DNA of 50,422 bases, the filler included, from Sphacelaria rigidula (taxonomy: Eukaryota): NCBI GenBank assembly GCA_964200075.2. It is 3 parts of 3 records of this genome, joined end to end, with 100 filler letters (N's around TTAATTAATTAA, not from the genome) between each part and the next. Parts side by side here need not be neighbours in the genome. Positions count along the whole stretch, not along the records: positions 33,687 to 50,422 come from CAXNAA020001269.1; 2 more parts are not named here. One strand, 5' to 3'. Made by a program: the position numbers and the translations under genes. Under the pieces are notes generated by a model. That model saw only the letters and a list, made by a program, of their open reading frames with translations. It had not been told where the DNA came from and ran no database searches. Position 1 is the stretch's first letter, and every line of letters starts with the position of its first letter. Below, piece by piece: positions 46,400 through 50,422 of the stretch.

Positions 46400-46490
46400 A
46401 GAAAAAAAACGGTTGCATCTGCCGGGAATCAAACCCGCATTTTCCCGACCTAATTGGTTTCAATTGTACATATACCATTAGGGCACGTCG
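46400..46490 (-). mobile_element. Isolated tRNA-like SINE head
   Basis: GTGCCCTAATGGTA ... GGGTTTGATTCCCGGCAGATGC then a T run; same head end as the other two copies. Confidence 0.5.
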
Positions 46491-46954
46491 GTAAAAACCT
46501 GATCGTACGTTGTAAACGTAGTTGGACACGTTGTGCGCATGTTGGCAACCTGGCATAACTTGGGAAGTTGAGCAACGCGACTAACGAAGGATATGGTAAA
46601 ACGCGGGACGTGTCCGAGCGTCCCACCTGTGTCAGTACTTATTCTGTTTCGAGTAACGAAAATGACCCATCTCTGTTTGAGTCGTCCGACAACGACTATT
46701 GGTATCCACCAAGTGAACACCGGGCGAATTGTGCGTATACCCTGAATTCCTTTGCAGGTGTCGGTTTGTTTTTCTTACCCAAGCGTAACGACAGCTGCAT
46801 AGAAAAGAGAAGTACAGATACAGCAACAGTAGCAGCTCCAAAATATCCCGCCAAAAGCAAGCGTTGAACAGAGGATTGCGTGGAAATTCCTGTCCACTTT
46901 CTGTAGCGTCGTCATCACGGACATGAAGCAAATATAAGAACTGCAAAACGCATG

Positions 46955-47270
46955 AAACAGCGTTTTCGTGATATTGAGAGTAGAGCGCTGACTGAGAGTG
47001 GCTTTCGTCATTCGCTTTGACTTAGCCAATACTTCATTCCGTGTGTGCTTTTCTATACCTGCATCACTAGCGTGTGCTTACAGCTACAGTACACGTCGAT
47101 ATTCTACTCAATGATATCCAGGGCCTCAGTGGCAAGCTACTACAGAAAGCATATCGGGCCTCGTGGACGGGCATTTCGGAAATGACGCGGTTCATCCACT
47201 AGTTGACCGCTTCTCACTCTCATTCGTGTCCTCTACTCTAAATCTAATGAAAATATTGTTATGACCCAGT
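46955..47270 (+). repeat. Dispersed repeat, copy 2
   Basis: Aligns with 34330-34630. Confidence 0.75.
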
Positions 47271-47280
47271 CTGTACTCAC

Positions 47281-47374
47281 CGACGAATTATTCCTTGAGC
47301 ACTTTTGGAGATGTTTCCTGATCCGGTCTCGCTCGGCGCAACGGAACCGCAAACTCTCCCGTAGCCCATCGTAC
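47281..47374 (-). CDS. Coiled-coil protein, exon 3 (YDGLRESLRFRCAERDRIRKHLQKCSRNNSS)
   Basis: TAG acceptor, TCG|GTGAGT donor, phase 2/0. Confidence 0.7.
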
Positions 47375-47731
47375 CTACTCAACGTGCGTAGGTCAGTAGG
47401 GAAGGCGACAGGATAGTGGTGTGGTGTTATGATAGTGGTATGATGGGCATTTCATGCTATCATTCCGGATGATATCACATTCGCCAAACTTAGGGCGCAA
47501 GAAGGTGGCATCATACGACGCCAGTTTGCGCTACAGGGTATGTTTGTGCATACCGTATTCACAAATCGAGCGTACAAAGCAAAAAGGCCCGCACACAGAT
47601 GAGAGCGCTCATTGTCGAAAGGCGCCTCAAGCTTGAGCTTTACAGTCACAGACATGCTTCCAAGCTGCAAAAAAAGTACTTCGTATATCGCACTCACATC
47701 ATCGTACCAAGAGCAACGTTCGTCAACTCAC

Positions 47732-47856
47732 TTTTTGGATTCGTTGGCAATCTTACTGTCGAGGTATGCTAGCTCCCTTCGGTCGTGCTCTATCTGGTCA
47801 AGACAAGCCTTTTTTTTCGCCGCCATTCCCGCGGCAAATGTGTCCAGTTCGCGCAC
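47732..47856 (-). CDS. Coiled-coil protein, exon 2 (VRELDTFAAGMAAKKKACLDQIEHDRRELAYLDSKIANESK)
   Basis: CAG acceptor, AA|GTGAGT donor, phase 0/2; heptad-like pattern. Confidence 0.72.
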
Positions 47857-47988
47857 CTGTCGGTTGTCCCCGTACGAAACAGGAAAATAGCCCAAGAAAA
47901 ATTATCGAACACATTTTGTTATCATTTTTCTCGGCCACCATCGGAGAAAACGAAGGAGGATCGAAATGGACGAGTTGAATAATTCTGA

Positions 47989-48178
47989 GGCCATGTCTAA
48001 TCAAATTGTTTTGGTGTCGAAAACGTGCGGTCGAATCGGATTCGCTCGTTTCTGATTCGTCCACGCTACTGATTTTCTGAGATGGTTGAGAACATGAATG
48101 CCGTGGACGTATCAGGTACAAGCAAATTTGATTCCACCGTACATTTTCGAGTCAAAAACAATTTGATAAGACACCGCC
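47989..48178. mobile_element. PIF/Harbinger-type MITE, second copy
   Basis: TGA|GGCCATGTCT...AGACACCGCC|TGA; highly similar to 5141-5331. Confidence 0.85.
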
Positions 48179-48668
48179 TGAGCTAAAGTAGAAAAACTGA
48201 ACGAAGCGTGCAACCAGCTCTAGACTGCCACTCTTGATTTTTCTGCTGCATCGTTCTCCCGTTGCACGGATGCAGCCAGTCCTCGCGAGAGTCGGCGAGT
48301 GGAAAAGAGAAGCCCAAAGTATCGAGCGACATGTCTAGCCGACCGAGCAGAGCGTAGTGTCCGCACAGAACGGCAAGTTGGCTGCATCATTTTGCACCGT
48401 TCTACCATTGTTATAAAATATGCCCGCTCCGCTGCACTCTATGGCTCCATGAAGACTCTTTGTCACGCCGTGTAATGTGACGTAAAGTTCACGCGCGTAC
48501 TTCGAGTACCACCGGGTACAAGGATCCTTCGACGCCCGGTTGCATGATACGACGCCAATAATATGCCCGCGACGCCATCCTACAGGAGTGATGTATGGTT
48601 TCATCACTAGGCTCCCCATCCATGCTGCCCACCATTCCAAATTCCAAACATACGCTGATTTCACCCAC

Positions 48669-48782
48669 CTGTCGCGCTGCGTGTGTAGAAGGATCTTTGA
48701 CACCAACCTCGCCCTGTTGTTCGATTAGTGTCTTTCTAGTGCCAGTGAGCACCGGCTCTGCTGGTACTGGAGGCTTCACCAT
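48669..48782 (-). CDS. Coiled-coil protein, exon 1 (MVKPPVPAEP...THAARQ)
   Basis: ATG at 48782, CAG|GTGGGT donor, phase 0. Confidence 0.6.
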
Positions 48783-49373
48783 ATCTATCTTCGCCGCTCA
48801 GACCACAGCGAAAAATCCTGCAGACGGAGAAAGTATCTTGAATCATGCGTCCGGAGTCAACTCGGTGACAAAGTCTAGACGGACTCGCAGTTTTCCCCTG
48901 TTGTAGCAAGATCGAACGATAGAACCAATGTACTGTTGATCTACGTCCATCGGGAGCCAGGCAGTTTGTTTGGGCACATGGGCTCTGCGCATTGCCCGCT
49001 GCGCATTGCTCGCATGCAGATTGCTTGGCCAAGTTTGAATTTCAAATCTGCCGTTACATCACGTGGGCATTTGGTCATTTTCCTATTATATGTACGCTCG
49101 CAATCATTTCCGCTATGCCTGTCAGTAATACCGTGTGCATAAGAGACCGCCCGGACTACTGCACATGCGTTCGCTCGATACCATTCCCCTGTCGCTGTGT
49201 CCTTCCTCCTTTTACTGTGGCGGTGGGACTGCGCCAGTGGTAGATCGCGGGTCTGAATCGTGGAGGAAAGTATAATAGTGTAAAACAAATACAGCTGGAG
49301 CAACGCGCAGAACAGCTCCGTGTGGGCAGACAACATACAGGCTAAAAAGAAGCGCAATACAAGCACTCTAGTC

Positions 49374-49514
49374 ATGTTTCGTAAAAAGCAGGACGTGGCA
49401 GAGCGGAGCCGTAGTCTGTTAAAGAGCAGTGCCGCCAAGAAAATCAAGACTGAAATCCTGTCGGCCCTGCCGTTGCTCACCAAGGATGAGCTTGACGCAA
49501 TTATGCCCACCAAG
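49374..49514 (+). CDS. eIF2D/MCT-1-like (pre-PUA domain) protein, exon 1
   Basis: MFRKKQDVAERSRSLLKSSAAKKIKTEILSALPLLTKDELDAIMPTK resembles the MFKK...LKxSxxKxI...IMPKK N-terminus of MCT-1/eIF2D; AAG|GTGAGC donor. Confidence 0.72.
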
Positions 49515-49539
49515 GTGAGCATTGCTACAGCTCTACTTC

Positions 49540-49990
49540 GTGCCACTGTACTGTCTGTCCCCACTGTCTGCGTGTTCCTACCTGGGTTCTTGCCCATGCG
49601 CCCATTTGAGATTACCAGTTACTAGTAGGCTACTGCATTCCCTCTCTCTCTCTTGCGGATCTTCCCCGGTATCTGGAAGGCCATTTCAGATAGTGTTGCA
49701 CTGTCTGTGCTGTCCGGGCTCTCAAAATGCTGCACATGGGTTCAGCTGTCAACACAAGAGTACTTCGCGATACGGTACGCTGCTGTGCTGTTTCTCCGCA
49801 CGTCGGATTGTGCATGCCCTGGCTTGTTTCCTGTGCGCTCATTACAGATCATCATGTACTGGTAGTAGGCACTCCATCTCCTCTCTCTCGTGCACGTGTT
49901 GTTCCCTGTAATGGATGGCTGTTTCCGATACTGTTGTACTGTACGGGTTCTCAAAACGCTACACATGTCTTCCCAAGTCTTCCATCTACG
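49540..49990. repeat. Diverged ~240-bp tandem duplication in an intron
   Basis: tagtaggc...ctctctctc and gt.cggg.tctcaaaa.gct.cacatg each occur twice ~240 bp apart. Confidence 0.6.
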
Positions 49991-50089
49991 TGAAATCAAC
50001 CGGGTTGGCCATGTGTGTAATCGGTGTTACTCATTTTCAGAAAAAAATGAGTGCGAGACCCAGCCCACCCTGGCGGGCGAAGGGTAACC

Positions 50090-50295
50090 ACGGCCTCACA
50101 CGGGACAGGATGGCCCGTCCCGACGTATTCTCAATCTTGCCAACCCGTCCCGCCGTTTCTGTACGCAACGGAAGAAGTACTGCATACCCGTCCCGTCCCG
50201 CCCCGACTTCTTTTTCGTTTTTCTCGTTCCCGTCCCGATCTCATGGATGTCTCTCACCTTTTCCCGTCTTTCTCCACGGGACGTCCCGTCTCATC
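50090..50295. repeat. CCCGT/ACGGG-rich repeat, probably a DNA-transposon subterminal region
   Basis: Many cccgtcccg / cgggac motifs in both orientations. Confidence 0.55.
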
Positions 50296-50422
50296 CTCAT
50301 CGGGTATCCCCTGAACGGATGGATTTTTCGCGGCAAATCTCAACGGGAGATTATAAATTGGGCAATAGCCTAGAAAAGGTATACCTTCTCGTTTTTTGCC
50401 TAGGAAAGGTACGAAAAATGGC

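Noticed and set aside
1-50422. CRISPR arrays, rRNA or prokaryotic operons
   Set aside because: No regularly spaced repeat-spacer array or rRNA-like sequence seen; genes are spliceosomal.

Overview
Intron-rich eukaryotic DNA, most likely a brown alga or related stramenopile (inferred from GT-AG genes with long TE-filled introns, TTAGGG-type repeats and protein similarity). The window is three segments (1-16746, 16847-33586, 33687-50422) joined by identical 100-bp N/TTAATTAATTAA spacers. Their lengths (16746, 16740, 16736) suggest unrelated size-sorted contigs. Segment 1 holds a Nudix hydrolase gene (-, probably membrane-anchored) head-to-head with gamma-tubulin complex component GCP5 (+, 3' end missing), plus a nested piggyBac/Tc1-mariner/Harbinger MITE stack. 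Segment 2 holds a decayed minus-strand Ty3/Gypsy integrase carrying two 211-bp TGT...ACA MITEs with 5-bp TSDs and internal telomeric repeats. It also holds a near full-length ~11.6-kb chromodomain-bearing Ty3/Gypsy element. Both integrases share an uncharacterised domain after the chromodomain. Segment 3 holds the AP-4 mu subunit gene (+, first exon missing), a 4-exon coiled-coil protein gene (-), the first exon of an eIF2D/MCT-1-like gene (+), tRNA-derived SINEs and MITEs.
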